Under the pieces are notes generated by a model, which was not told the DNA's origin, searched no databases, and worked only from the letters and a program-made list of their open reading frames with translations. Position numbers and translations under genes: made by a program. From the IMG/VR virus record IMGVR_UViG_3300046832_000578: DNA of 64,000 nucleotides; one strand, 5' to 3'. Below, piece after piece: positions 47,935 to 57,878 of the stretch. The first letter of the stretch is position 1, and every line of letters begins with the position of its first letter. Source of the DNA: a virus.

Positions 47935-48379
47935 TTTTATTCCTGATGCCCTTATTATTTGGGTAGTAAATGCAATCCTTATCAGCGGTATCGTTGGTAC
48001 GATTGTTTCATTCTTCTTTGGATTCTTCGCTAGGTTTGTTCCGCAGCTATATGCGATACGAATGCCTCTGCAAATCATCAGTTTGATTCTTCTAATTGGT
48101 GGTGTATATTTTAAAGGTGGTGTTGGTGTTGAGATGGAATGGCGAGCAAGAGTTGCTCAACTAGAAGCACAGATTAAAGAGTCTGAGGCAAAGTCCAAAG
48201 AGACAAACATTCAGATACAAAAAGTTTATGTGGACAAAGTAAGAGTTGTTAAAGAGAAACAAATAGTTGTCCAAGAAAAAATTGTTGAGAAAGAAAAGAT
48301 TATTGATGCAGAGTGTAAAGTTGTTCCTGAAACGATAACAATTTTAAACGATGCAATAAACACAGGAGTTAAGAAATGA
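47921..48379 (+). CDS. Inner-membrane spanin-like protein (Rz-like)
   Basis: N-terminal TM helices, coiled coil, C-terminal Cys; overlaps lipoprotein gene. Confidence 0.6.
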   Translation: MFLLNFIPDALIIWVVNAILISGIVGTIVSFFFGFFARFVPQLYAIRMPLQIISLILLIGGVYFKGGVGVEMEWRARVAQLEAQIKESEAKSKETNIQIQKVYVDKVRVVKEKQIVVQEKIVEKEKIIDAECKVVPETITILNDAINTGVKK

Positions 48380-48639
48380 AACTTCTGTTAATATTACCAG
48401 TATTATTATTGACAGGATGTTTAGTATCAACTCCTGTTAAACGAAATTTCCCAGAAGTTCCAAAAGAACTTATGGAAGCATGCCCTGATTTAAAGAAGAC
48501 AGAATCCACTGAAAAGTTGTCTGAGGTTCTTAAAGTTGTTGTTGATAACTATGGACAGTATCATGAATGTAAAATTAAAGTAGATACTTGGGCTGAATGG
48601 TATAAGACACAAAAAGACATTTTTGAGAGTGTAAAATAA
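48376..48639 (+). CDS. Outer-membrane lipoprotein spanin-like protein (Rz1-like)
   Basis: Lipobox LLTGC, P..P..L...CP.L, NY..YHEC. Confidence 0.65.
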   Translation: MKLLLILPVLLLTGCLVSTPVKRNFPEVPKELMEACPDLKKTESTEKLSEVLKVVVDNYGQYHECKIKVDTWAEWYKTQKDIFESVK

Positions 48640-48996
48640 ATGGAATCACCAGAAAGAATTGCTAAATTGGAAGCACAAATGGATGCCCTAAAAGAAGATG
48701 TCACAGAAGTTAAACATGACATCAAAGAGATTCACTCTCGTATCACTACTTCTAATAGAGAAATTGTTGATAAGATTGACGATATGCAAACTCGTCTTGA
48801 ACATAAGATGCAAGCGACATCACAAATATCTCAACAGCAACACGCTGAGATTAAAAAAGATGTTGTTGAAGATCTAGAGAAAATGAACAACCGAGTATCT
48901 GCTCTTGAGCAGTGGAAGTGGTATGTCATTGGTGGTGCTGCAACATTTGGTTTTGTTCTTGGTCACATCAACGAAATTGCAAAATATCTAAAATAA
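48640..48996 (+). CDS. Coiled-coil protein with C-terminal TM (possible holin/lysis accessory)
   Basis: Heptad repeats, then LEQWKWYVIGGA hydrophobic tail. Confidence 0.5.
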   Translation: MESPERIAKLEAQMDALKEDVTEVKHDIKEIHSRITTSNREIVDKIDDMQTRLEHKMQATSQISQQQHAEIKKDVVEDLEKMNNRVSALEQWKWYVIGGAATFGFVLGHINEIAKYLK

Positions 48997-48999
48997 AAT

Positions 49000-49028
49000 T
49001 TGCTTTGTAATGATATGTAGGGTATAAT
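49000..49028 (+). promoter_or_regulatory. sigma70-type promoter
   Basis: TTGCTT-N17-TATAAT upstream of primase. Confidence 0.7.
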
Positions 49029-49051
49029 TGTACTCTATATGTGGAGTTATT

Positions 49052-50083
49052 ATGTTATACATTGATGCAAAGTATGCCCAAATTCTGGGTAGTAGGTTGC
49101 GAAATTTCAAACAGAAAAAAGATTATCTCTGGAACTATTCTTGTCCAGTGTGTGGTGACTCATCTAAAAATAAGTTGAAGGCACGAGGTTACATCTATCG
49201 TGCAGAGTCAGATCTATTTGTTAAGTGCCACAATTGTGGTTATGGTACGAACATTGGTAATTTAATTAAGTATGTAGATACAAAGTTGTATGATGAGTAT
49301 GTGCTTGAAAGATATAAGGCAGGTGCTACTCGTTACAATGCACATAAAGATGTAGCTGAGATACTTGAGCAACCAAAACAAGAACTGCTTGAAGATGATA
49401 TCCTTAGTGGATTGACTCGTCTTGATAAACTCGCACTTGACAAACCAGATCATCCTGCGATAAAATATGTAGAGAACAGAAAGATTCCTCGTGATAAATG
49501 GTATCTTCTTTACTTTACTGCAAAGTTTAAAGCATATACAAACTCTATTACACCAAAGTTTGTAGAGCCAATTGTTGATGAACATCCGAGGATGATTATC
49601 CCATACTTCACTTCCGCAGGGAAGTGTTTTGCATTTCAGGCTAGAGCGTATGGAAATGAAGAGCCTAAGTATTATACCATCAAGGTAGATGAGACACAAG
49701 AAAAGATTTATGGTCTTGAAAGGATTGATTATGCTAAAAGAATTATCGTTGTGGAAGGTCCAATTGACTCACTGTTTCTACAAAATGCAGTGGCTGTTTC
49801 AGGAGCAAGTTTTGATACCCCTACTATTCGTAGCATCCTTACTAATGCTACTATAGTAATGGACAATGAACCTCGCAATAAAGACATTGTCAAACAGTTA
49901 GAGAAGTATATTAATCTAGGTTATAGCGTTTGTATGCTCCCAGATTTCATAGAGCAAAAAGATATCAATGAAATAATTTTGCATGGTAAAAAGACTGCCA
50001 GTGAGATTATGGATCTAATAAATACAAACACCTACTTTGGTATGGAAGCAAAATTAAAATTTAGTACATGGAAGAAAATATGA
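49052..50083 (+). CDS. gp61: DNA primase gp61
   Basis: CPVCGDS...K.KARG, KCHNCG zinc finger, FQAR, VEGPIDSLF, DNEPRN, KDINE (TOPRIM). Confidence 0.95.
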   Translation: MLYIDAKYAQILGSRLRNFKQKKDYLWNYSCPVCGDSSKNKLKARGYIYRAESDLFVKCHNCGYGTNIGNLIKYVDTKLYDEYVLERYKAGATRYNAHKDVAEILEQPKQELLEDDILSGLTRLDKLALDKPDHPAIKYVENRKIPRDKWYLLYFTAKFKAYTNSITPKFVEPIVDEHPRMIIPYFTSAGKCFAFQARAYGNEEPKYYTIKVDETQEKIYGLERIDYAKRIIVVEGPIDSLFLQNAVAVSGASFDTPTIRSILTNATIVMDNEPRNKDIVKQLEKYINLGYSVCMLPDFIEQKDINEIILHGKKTASEIMDLINTNTYFGMEAKLKFSTWKKI

Positions 50084-50748
50084 AAGTAAGGTTGATTAGT
50101 TATAGCAATCCATCCAAAGAAATTGCTGAGCAAGGGCTGTATGATGTTCAAGAACTTATAGCATTCTGCGCAAGGGTGAGCAACCCCAGCAATCAAAACA
50201 ATACAGAGACATCAGAGAAGTTAATTAAGTATTTAATTAAGCATCAACATTGGTCACCTTTAGAGATGGTCAGTGCCTGTTTAGAAATTGAAACAACTCG
50301 TGACATAGCAAGACAAATATTGCGTCATCGTTCTTTTTCGTTCCAAGAATTCAGTCAGCGATATGCTGATCCAACCAAAGACTTATCTTTCGTTCTTAGA
50401 GAAGCCCGACTTCAAGATACGAACAATCGTCAAAATAGTGTTGAGAATACGAATCTAGCATTGGCTGCTTGGTGGGAAGAAAGACAAAAGCGAGTAATTG
50501 AAGAAGCGAAGAATGCTTATGAATGGGCAATCCAACATGGTATCGCCAAAGAACAAGCAAGAGCAGTATTACCAGAAGGATTGACTGTCAGTCGTTTATA
50601 CATGAATGGTACATTACGCAGCTGGATACATTTTATAGAATTAAGATCTGCGAATGGTACACAAAAGGAACATCAAGAAGTCGCACGAGAATGCGCAAAA
50701 GTTATTGCTGAAGTATTTCCTTTGGCAAATGAATTAGTAAAACTATAA
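50080..50748 (+). CDS. thyX: Flavin-dependent thymidylate synthase
   Basis: ARVSNP, HWSPLE, RQILRHRSFSFQEFSQRY, AKEQARAVLP, Q.EH. Confidence 0.95.
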   Translation: MKVRLISYSNPSKEIAEQGLYDVQELIAFCARVSNPSNQNNTETSEKLIKYLIKHQHWSPLEMVSACLEIETTRDIARQILRHRSFSFQEFSQRYADPTKDLSFVLREARLQDTNNRQNSVENTNLALAAWWEERQKRVIEEAKNAYEWAIQHGIAKEQARAVLPEGLTVSRLYMNGTLRSWIHFIELRSANGTQKEHQEVARECAKVIAEVFPLANELVKL

Positions 50749-50765
50749 TAATATTGGGGCAAGAT

Positions 50766-52565
50766 ATGGAAGAAATTGTGCATGGCATAAAGGTTGATTA
50801 CACTCGTGATACTTTGTTTGACGATTTAGGTAAGCTACGATTAAAAGAAAGTTATATGAAAGATGATGAAGTGAGTCCTCAAGAGAGATTCGCTTTTGTT
50901 AGCAGTAAGTTTAGTTCTAATCCAGAACATGCACAGAGATTATATGAATATAGTAGCAAACATTGGTTGTCATATTCAACACCTATCTTATCGTTTGGTC
51001 GAAGCAAGCGTGGTTTACCAATCTCTTGTTTTTTAAATTATATTGAAGATACAGCGGAGGGTTTAGTTGATAATCTTAGTGAAACTAATTGGCTTAGTAT
51101 GCTTGGTGGCGGTGTCGGTATTGGTTTTGGTATTCGTTCGGCAGATGATAAATCGACTGGAGTTATGCCTCACCTCAAAATTTACGATGCGTCGAGTTTG
51201 GCATATCGCCAAGGTCGTACCCGTCGTGGCAGTTATGCTGCTTATCTTGACATTAGCCATCCAGATATTATTAATTTCTTAGAGATGCGTAAACCAACAG
51301 GGGATCAGAATATGAGAACCCTGAACATGCATCATGGTATTAATATTCCAGATGCATTTATGCAAATCATCGAACAATCAATGATTGATCCAGAGTTTGA
51401 TGACTCATGGGAACTTATCGATCCAGCATCATTGATTGTCCGTGAGAAGGTAAGTGCAAAAGAATTGTGGCAACGAATTCTTGAAATGCGTATGATGACT
51501 GGTGAACCATATCTACATTTTATTGATACATCCAATCGTCATTTACCACAATGGTTAAAAGACAAAGGGTTAAAAGTCCACCAATCAAATCTCTGTTCAG
51601 AGATTATTCTCCCGACAAATGAGAAACGAACAGCAGTCTGTTGTTTATCTTCTCTTAATCTAGAGTACTACGATGATTGGAAAGATGATGCTCTCTTCTT
51701 AAAAGATGTCGCTGAAATGCTAGACAATGTTCTTCAGTATTTCATTGACAATGCTCCAAAAGAAATCAAGCGAGCAAAGTATTCTGCCATTCGTGAAAGA
51801 AGTATTGGTATCGGTGCATTGGGTTGGCATGCACTACTACAGCGTAAGAATATTCCATGGGAATCATCTATGGCTGTTGGTCTTAACAAAACAATTTTCG
51901 AAAGTGTCAGAGGAAAATTAGATGCAGCTAATAAAGAACTTGGATTGGAGAGAGGTGAGGCTCCTGATGCTGAGGGTACTGGTAATCGTTTCAGCCATCT
52001 CATGGCAATTGCTCCCAATGCTAGTTCTTCCATTCTTATGGGCAATACCTCTCCTAGTATTGAACCTTATAGGGCTAATGCTTATAGGCAGGACACTCTG
52101 TCGGGTTCTCACTTAAACAAGAATCGTTATCTTGATAAGATAATTCAAAGCGAAGCAGGTAAACATAATGAAGGATGGGCAGAAGAAGTTTGGCGTAGTA
52201 TTATTGCGAATGATGGTAGCGTTCAGCACTTGGATTGGATGGAAGAGTGGACAAAAGATGTTTTCAAAACATCTATGGAAATTGACCAGCGTTGGGTGGT
52301 CCAACATGCAGCGGACAGACAAGAATACATCGACCAAGCACAATCGTTAAATGTATTCTTCCGTCCAGATTCTCATATCAAATACATTCATGCTGTGCAT
52401 TTTCAAGCATGGAAGTCTGGATTGAAAACCATGTATTACTGCCGAAGTGATAAGATCGCTAAAGCAGACAAAGTCTCTAAGAGAATTGAACGAGAAATTA
52501 TTAAAGAGATCGACTTAACAGCACTCACAACAGACGAAGGTGTATGTCTGGCTTGTGAAGGATAA
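50766..52565 (+). CDS. nrdA: Class I ribonucleotide reductase alpha subunit (no ATP cone)
   Basis: STP, SCFL, GGGVG, RRGS.A, SNLCSEI, CCLSS, APNASSS, IDQAQS.N, KT.YY, C-terminal CLACEG. Confidence 0.95.
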   Translation: MEEIVHGIKVDYTRDTLFDDLGKLRLKESYMKDDEVSPQERFAFVSSKFSSNPEHAQRLYEYSSKHWLSYSTPILSFGRSKRGLPISCFLNYIEDTAEGLVDNLSETNWLSMLGGGVGIGFGIRSADDKSTGVMPHLKIYDASSLAYRQGRTRRGSYAAYLDISHPDIINFLEMRKPTGDQNMRTLNMHHGINIPDAFMQIIEQSMIDPEFDDSWELIDPASLIVREKVSAKELWQRILEMRMMTGEPYLHFIDTSNRHLPQWLKDKGLKVHQSNLCSEIILPTNEKRTAVCCLSSLNLEYYDDWKDDALFLKDVAEMLDNVLQYFIDNAPKEIKRAKYSAIRERSIGIGALGWHALLQRKNIPWESSMAVGLNKTIFESVRGKLDAANKELGLERGEAPDAEGTGNRFSHLMAIAPNASSSILMGNTSPSIEPYRANAYRQDTLSGSHLNKNRYLDKIIQSEAGKHNEGWAEEVWRSIIANDGSVQHLDWMEEWTKDVFKTSMEIDQRWVVQHAADRQEYIDQAQSLNVFFRPDSHIKYIHAVHFQAWKSGLKTMYYCRSDKIAKADKVSKRIEREIIKEIDLTALTTDEGVCLACEG

Positions 52566-52583
52566 CAATAAAAGAGAACAGAA

Positions 52584-53576
52584 ATGATTAAGAAAACTCA
52601 AAGTAGGATGACGGATGAACGAACATATTTTAAACCATTCAATTATCCTTGGGCATACGATGCATGGTTAAAACATGAGCAAGCACATTGGCTACATACA
52701 GAAGTGCCAATGGCAGAAGATGTTAAAGACTGGAAGAAGAAACTAACTACTGAGGAAAAACAATTCCTTACTAACATCTTTCGTTTCTTTACACAAGGTG
52801 ACATCGATGTGGCAGGTGGATATGTTAAAAACTATCTTCCTTATTTTCCACAACCAGAAATTCGTATGATGTTATCTGGGTTTGCTGCAAGAGAAGCATT
52901 ACACATTGCTGCGTATTCTCATCTAATTGAAACACTTGGTATGCCAGAATCTACCTACAGCGAGTTTTTAGAATATCAAGAAATGAAGGACAAACACGAT
53001 TATGTTACGGAACTCAGTTCGAAGAATGGTACTCTTGAATCAACTGCGACACACATCGCTGTCTTCTCTGCTTTTACAGAGGGCATGCAGCTTTTTAGTT
53101 CTTTTATTATGTTGCTTAATTTTCCTCGTCATGGTATTATGAAGGGGATGGGACAGATTGTTACTTGGTCTATTGTTGATGAAACAATGCATGCTGAATC
53201 AATGATCAAACTGTTCAAAGAATACATCAAAGAAAATCCAGAGATCTGGGGTGATGATCTAAAAGGTAAGATTTATACAATCGCTGAAAAGATGGTTCAG
53301 TTGGAAGATAAGTTTATTGATTTATCTTTTAATGGAACACACATGCGTGATTTAGAGCCAGAAGATGTTAAACAATACATTCGTTATATCGCAGATCGTC
53401 GTTTGATTTCTCTCGGCATGAAAGGTATCTTTAAAGTTAAAAAGAATCCACTGCCATGGGTAGAAGAAATGATTAATGCTCCAGTGCATGGTAACTTTTT
53501 TGAGAATCGTGTCACTGATTATGCAAAGGGTGCTTTGTCTGGTACATGGGAAGATGTTTGGGCTAAAGCAGCATAA
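52584..53576 (+). CDS. nrdB: Ribonucleotide reductase beta subunit
   Basis: FFTQGD, EALH..AY, EG.QLFSSF, DE.MH, NFFE.RVTDY. Confidence 0.95.
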   Translation: MIKKTQSRMTDERTYFKPFNYPWAYDAWLKHEQAHWLHTEVPMAEDVKDWKKKLTTEEKQFLTNIFRFFTQGDIDVAGGYVKNYLPYFPQPEIRMMLSGFAAREALHIAAYSHLIETLGMPESTYSEFLEYQEMKDKHDYVTELSSKNGTLESTATHIAVFSAFTEGMQLFSSFIMLLNFPRHGIMKGMGQIVTWSIVDETMHAESMIKLFKEYIKENPEIWGDDLKGKIYTIAEKMVQLEDKFIDLSFNGTHMRDLEPEDVKQYIRYIADRRLISLGMKGIFKVKKNPLPWVEEMINAPVHGNFFENRVTDYAKGALSGTWEDVWAKAA

Positions 53577-54214
53577 TGGCACATATAATTGCGAACCTTC
53601 CACCTGTGAAGTGTTTCGTTCGCAGAGAGTTTCTCTATGACTTTGAGAAAGGTCATGGAGAACTTGAACCTTGTTGGTGGATAAGTATTAAGTCTTTAAG
53701 AGGGCAAGCATTTCGTATTGAGTCATATCTTAATGAATATGGTGCTCTCTATGATAAACTACCACTACACGCATATTGCTGGAAACCAATTGATGGTGAA
53801 CCATTACCATTAGATTATCTTCAGTTATGGGATTGTTTATCATATGATATAACTGTGCTAAAGAAAGCACAGCTACAATCAATGAGATGTAAGTTTAAGT
53901 TAAAGAATGGGGATTGGATGTATGGTGTTTATCTTTTTACAGTTGATTCTGCTCATCCTGACTTTAACATTCTTGATACAGGGTTTTCTGAAGATGTCGA
54001 GGATCACAAGTCTTATAATTTCATTCAGTGTGATAATGGGCAGTTTGCTGCTCAGCCAAATAATCGTTTAATTATATTAGAGCCAAGTAGTAATCCAAAA
54101 GAACTTAAGAAACCAGATTTTAGAGTAGCAACAAAACGCTGGTCTGTAGAAACAGACTCCAAGTGGGCATTGGGAGATACCAATACCATAATGTACGAAA
54201 GGCAAGATGGCTGA
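53576..54214 (+). CDS. Conserved phage hypothetical protein
   Basis: GALYDKLP, LQLWDC.SY, YLFTVD, HKS.N....NGQFAAQPNNR. Confidence 0.75.
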   Translation: MAHIIANLPPVKCFVRREFLYDFEKGHGELEPCWWISIKSLRGQAFRIESYLNEYGALYDKLPLHAYCWKPIDGEPLPLDYLQLWDCLSYDITVLKKAQLQSMRCKFKLKNGDWMYGVYLFTVDSAHPDFNILDTGFSEDVEDHKSYNFIQCDNGQFAAQPNNRLIILEPSSNPKELKKPDFRVATKRWSVETDSKWALGDTNTIMYERQDG

Positions 54215-54911
54215 GTTAATTTATCTGTTGGTGATGACACACATCACCATTGTTTGTGTTACATTGTTTTTACATAGAGGACAAACACATAGGGGTTTAG
54301 AGTTTAATTCTGGACTATCTCATTTCATGAGATTTTGGTTGTGGCTAACTACTGGCATGGTAACGAAACAATGGGTTGCCATACATCGTAAACATCATCA
54401 GAACTCTGATAAAGAAGGTGATCCACATAGCCCACACAATGAAGGTATCTGGTTTGTTTTATTTGCTGGAGTTTCTTGCTATGTTCAATCTGCAAAAGAT
54501 AAAGAAATGATTCAGAAGTATGGTGTTGGTACTCCAGATGATTGGATTGAGAAACATGTTTATTCCAGATTCCCATATGCTGGAATAGTACTTATGTTAG
54601 CAATTAGTTTAATGCTGTTTGGTTGGTGGGGAATTTGGTTCTGGGCAGTTCAAATGGTATGGATTCCATTTTGGGCAGCAGGTGTTGTGAATGGTGCTGG
54701 ACATTACTATGGATACAGAAATTATGATAGTAAAGATAAATCAACTAATATAGTTCCATGGGGAATTATTATTGGTGGTGAAGAACTACATAACAATCAT
54801 CACGGAGATCCAGCAAATCCAAAACTAAGTAGAAAGCCACTAGAGTTTGATATGGGTTGGATGTGGTTTAAGATTTTTAACAAATTAGGTTTAGCAAAGG
54901 AAAGACAATAA
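54207..54911 (+). CDS. Membrane fatty-acid (delta-9 acyl-CoA/lipid) desaturase
   Basis: Three His boxes HRGQTH, HRKHH, HNNHH; GDPHSP; TM segments. Confidence 0.92.
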   Translation: MAELIYLLVMTHITIVCVTLFLHRGQTHRGLEFNSGLSHFMRFWLWLTTGMVTKQWVAIHRKHHQNSDKEGDPHSPHNEGIWFVLFAGVSCYVQSAKDKEMIQKYGVGTPDDWIEKHVYSRFPYAGIVLMLAISLMLFGWWGIWFWAVQMVWIPFWAAGVVNGAGHYYGYRNYDSKDKSTNIVPWGIIIGGEELHNNHHGDPANPKLSRKPLEFDMGWMWFKIFNKLGLAKERQ

Positions 54912-55297
54912 TGGCTTACTCAGACAAGGTTATAGATCATTATGAGAATCCTAGAAATGTAGGAAGTTTTGATAAGAGTGATAAAAATATTGGTACAGGA
55001 ATGGTCGGTGCACCAGCGTGTGGTGATGTGATGAAATTACAGATAAGGGTAAATGAAGATGGGATTATCGAAGATGCAAAGTTCAAAACTTATGGGTGCG
55101 GTTCGGCAATTGCTTCTTCCTCTCTCGTTACAGAATGGGTCAAGGGTAAAACGCTTGAGCAAGCTGGACAGATTAAGAACTCTGAGATCGCAGAAGAACT
55201 CGCACTTCCGCCAGTTAAAATCCATTGCTCGATTCTTGCAGAGGATGCGATAAGAGCAGCAATAAAAGATTACAATCTGAAATGTGAGTGCGTATGA
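54911..55297 (+). CDS. iscU: Fe-S cluster scaffold IscU
   Basis: MAYSDKVIDHYENPRNVG, APACGDVM, GCGSAIASSS, LPPVKIHCS. Confidence 0.97.
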   Translation: MAYSDKVIDHYENPRNVGSFDKSDKNIGTGMVGAPACGDVMKLQIRVNEDGIIEDAKFKTYGCGSAIASSSLVTEWVKGKTLEQAGQIKNSEIAEELALPPVKIHCSILAEDAIRAAIKDYNLKCECV

Positions 55298-55605
55298 TTA
55301 CCGTAACAGAAGCAGCAAAAACACAACTTAACGAAATTCTTTTGGATGAACCAACTGCCAAATTTGTAAGAGCATTTATCTCTGGTGGTGGGTGCTCTGG
55401 TTTCAATTATGGATTTACTCTCGAAGAAGGTAAAGAAGAAGATGACTTTGTTATTGATAATCTTATAGTTGATTCGATGAGTATGCAGTATTTCGATAAT
55501 GCCACGATTGACTTTACCAGTGATAAACTAAAGGGTTCACAATTTGTAATAAGTAATCCAAATGCAAAAACCACATGCGGGTGTGGTAGTTCATTTTCAG
55601 TATAG
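55294..55605 (+). CDS. A-type Fe-S carrier (IscA/ErpA, HesB family)
   Basis: GGGCSGF.Y, VD..S..Y, NPNA..TCGCGSSF. Confidence 0.93.
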   Translation: MITVTEAAKTQLNEILLDEPTAKFVRAFISGGGCSGFNYGFTLEEGKEEDDFVIDNLIVDSMSMQYFDNATIDFTSDKLKGSQFVISNPNAKTTCGCGSSFSV

Positions 55606-55613
55606 GACAATAG

Positions 55614-55763
55614 ATGACAACTAAATACTTTGAGTGTAATGAATGTGGAGCGAGAGGAAAGATCGTCCTCAAGGGAGATGACCACAGCACAGAAGATTTG
55701 GTATATTGTCCAGTCTGCTCTGCTGACATCTATGAAGAGGAGGATCTTGACGATGAAGAATGA
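55614..55763 (+). CDS. Small zinc-ribbon/rubredoxin-like protein (49 aa)
   Basis: Manually translated: CNEC ... CPVC with acidic tail; AGGA SD. Confidence 0.7.
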   Translation: MTTKYFECNECGARGKIVLKGDDHSTEDLVYCPVCSADIYEEEDLDDEE

Positions 55764-56188
55764 CTTGGTATTATCAAAACAATCCCATAGAGGAATTGCC
55801 TGAAGATTGTGTTGGCTTTGTTTATTTAATTACGAACAAAGCCACCAGTCGTATGTATGTGGGTAAGAAATTAGCAAAGTTCTCTAAAACTACATACAAA
55901 ACAATCAAACAAAAAAACGGAACGAAGAAGAAGAAAAAGATCCGTAGTAAAATAGACTCTGATTGGTTGGAGTACTATGGTTCAAGTATAGAACTAAATA
56001 AAGATGTAGAGTTACTGGGAAGGGACAACTTCACCAGAGAAATTTTATTTTTGTGTAAATCAAAAGCAGAATGTTCATACATAGAAGCACGAGAACAGTT
56101 TGCCCGAAAGGTATTAGAATCTGATGACTTTTATAACGGACAAATATCTGTAAGAGTTCACGGATCTCATATTAAAAACAAACTATGA
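55760..56188 (+). CDS. GIY-YIG endonuclease (stand-alone catalytic domain)
   Basis: GFVYLITN....MYVGKK, YYGSS, F.REIL, E, YN. Confidence 0.8.
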   Translation: MTWYYQNNPIEELPEDCVGFVYLITNKATSRMYVGKKLAKFSKTTYKTIKQKNGTKKKKKIRSKIDSDWLEYYGSSIELNKDVELLGRDNFTREILFLCKSKAECSYIEAREQFARKVLESDDFYNGQISVRVHGSHIKNKL

Positions 56189-57330
56189 CATACTTACTAT
56201 TCACAGTTGCATTAGGACTTTCAGCAGTTGCTGCATATTATGCAGTTGCTGGTCTGATTGCCATCTTTGCTGCAGCTGTGATTCCAATTGCAATTATGGG
56301 TTCGTTGCTTGAAGCATCGAAACTCGTAGTGGCATCGTGGCTTTATAAAAATTGGAAAGAAATTCCAATTCTCTTAAAGTCATATTTTACCGTAGCCCTA
56401 GTTGTGTTGATGTTACTAACTTCAATGGGCATTTTCGGATTCTTATCAAAAGCACATTTAGACCAAGCAATTCCAACAGGAGATGTTCAGTCTAAATTAT
56501 CATTGATTGATGAGAAAATCAAAACAGAAAAGGAGAACATTAATGCAAGCCGTAAAGAACTTTCTCAACTCGATGCTCAATTGGATCAAACTATCTCCCG
56601 CACCACAGATCAAGGTGGAACAGAGCGAGCCATCCAAATCAGAAGAAACCAGCAAAAAGATAGAAACAGAATCCTCACCGAAATCGGTAGTGCCCAAACC
56701 AAGATCGCCAAACTCAACGAAGAGCGTGCCCCGATCGCCAGCGAAGTCCGTAAAGTCGAAGCAGAAGTAGGACCAATTAAATACATTGCTCAAGTAATCT
56801 ATGGTGACGCTGATACTGATCTTTTAGAAAAGGCAGTTAGGTTTGTCACCATATTAATTGTTCTTGTATTTGATCCACTTGCTGTTTTAATGTTAGTTGC
56901 TGCAAACTGGCAAATGAGAAAAGATAAAGAAACTATTGAGCCAGAACCTACCAAAGAAAAGGTATGGGATACGTTCTTCAAAAAAGAGCCTGTTACTGAA
57001 TTTCCAGAAAAAGAACCTGAGATTAAACACATTGTTATAGAAGACAATATACAATTTAAAGATACAATTAATCCAAAAGAACAAGATTCAGAGTTACCAG
57101 AGATAGAAGTAGATGAACATAACAAAGACTGGGAACCAGAACTTTTTGATAGAAAACAGGTTAAAAAGATAGAATATGATTCTGCAGGGAGAAGAATTAC
57201 TCCTATTACAGAAGAAGAGTTAAACCCTCCAACTAAAACACAATCTTTCTTGAATAAAGTACAAGAAGTGTTTTCATCCCCTAGTGTAAAAACTATCGAA
57301 AAAGAAGTAGAAGAGTTACAAAAGAAATAA
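56185..57330 (+). CDS. Membrane protein with coiled-coil domain
   Basis: Three N-terminal TMs, TSMGIFGFLSKAH, coiled coil, EVGPIKYIA, TM FDPLAV, acidic tail. Confidence 0.75.
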   Translation: MTYLLFTVALGLSAVAAYYAVAGLIAIFAAAVIPIAIMGSLLEASKLVVASWLYKNWKEIPILLKSYFTVALVVLMLLTSMGIFGFLSKAHLDQAIPTGDVQSKLSLIDEKIKTEKENINASRKELSQLDAQLDQTISRTTDQGGTERAIQIRRNQQKDRNRILTEIGSAQTKIAKLNEERAPIASEVRKVEAEVGPIKYIAQVIYGDADTDLLEKAVRFVTILIVLVFDPLAVLMLVAANWQMRKDKETIEPEPTKEKVWDTFFKKEPVTEFPEKEPEIKHIVIEDNIQFKDTINPKEQDSELPEIEVDEHNKDWEPELFDRKQVKKIEYDSAGRRITPITEEELNPPTKTQSFLNKVQEVFSSPSVKTIEKEVEELQKK

Positions 57331-57339
57331 CCCTTAGTT

Positions 57340-57347
57340 CCTAAATA
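57340..57347 (+). promoter_or_regulatory. Late promoter CCTAAATA
   Basis: Recurrent octamer heading the secreted-protein cluster. Confidence 0.65.
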
Positions 57348-57404
57348 ATATTAGAGTGAACGCAATAACTTGTTATTTTCCGTATAACTAAAAAAGGTTT
57401 AAAA

Positions 57405-57878
57405 ATGACCAAAAAGATCGCTACAGCGGTGCTTTTTGTCATGACTTTGTCTTCTGCGATGGCTGATCCCATCGTGACTGATTCGACTAGTAGAAGTACA
57501 ACTGATTCTACTTCAAATAGCACAACAACAGTAAAATCCCCTCCACCAACAGCAGTGGCTCCAGCAATCACAATCATTAATAGTGATGTTTGTGCAGTTG
57601 CGGTGTCTGGTGCAACTCAAACTCAAATTCTTGGTATCTCTTTTGGAGCCACGATGACTGATAAGAATTGCGAAAGATTAAAATTAGCTCGTTCTACATA
57701 TGACATGGGTATGAAAGTAGCAGCAGTTGCTATTATGTGTCAAGATGAAAGAGTATTTACAGCAATGATGAATGCTGGAACACCATGTCCAGTAGATGGT
57801 AAGATTGGCGAGCAAGCCAAATCAATCTGGGAAGCAAATCCAGACAGAATTCCGCAAAAAGTCAAGAGTAAAGACTAA
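57405..57878 (+). CDS. Secreted Cys-containing protein
   Basis: Signal peptide (..SSAMA|D), PPPTA.AP, D.C, NCERLKL, GMKVAAVA.MCQD.RV, AGTPCP. Confidence 0.75.
   Translation: MTKKIATAVLFVMTLSSAMADPIVTDSTSRSTTDSTSNSTTTVKSPPPTAVAPAITIINSDVCAVAVSGATQTQILGISFGATMTDKNCERLKLARSTYDMGMKVAAVAIMCQDERVFTAMMNAGTPCPVDGKIGEQAKSIWEANPDRIPQKVKSKD

Noticed and set aside
24433-53576. Introns or inteins in gp43, gp41, nrdA, nrdB, thyX
   Set aside because: All are continuous and of normal length with no intein motifs.
55614-55763. LysW-like amino-group carrier
   Set aside because: It has a zinc ribbon and acidic tail but lacks the C-terminal EDWGE signature, and there is no LysX/RimK ligase nearby.
55760-56188. 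Active mobile homing element
   Set aside because: Catalytic domain only, no evident DNA-binding extension or intron context, and coupled to its neighbours; kept as a plain CDS.
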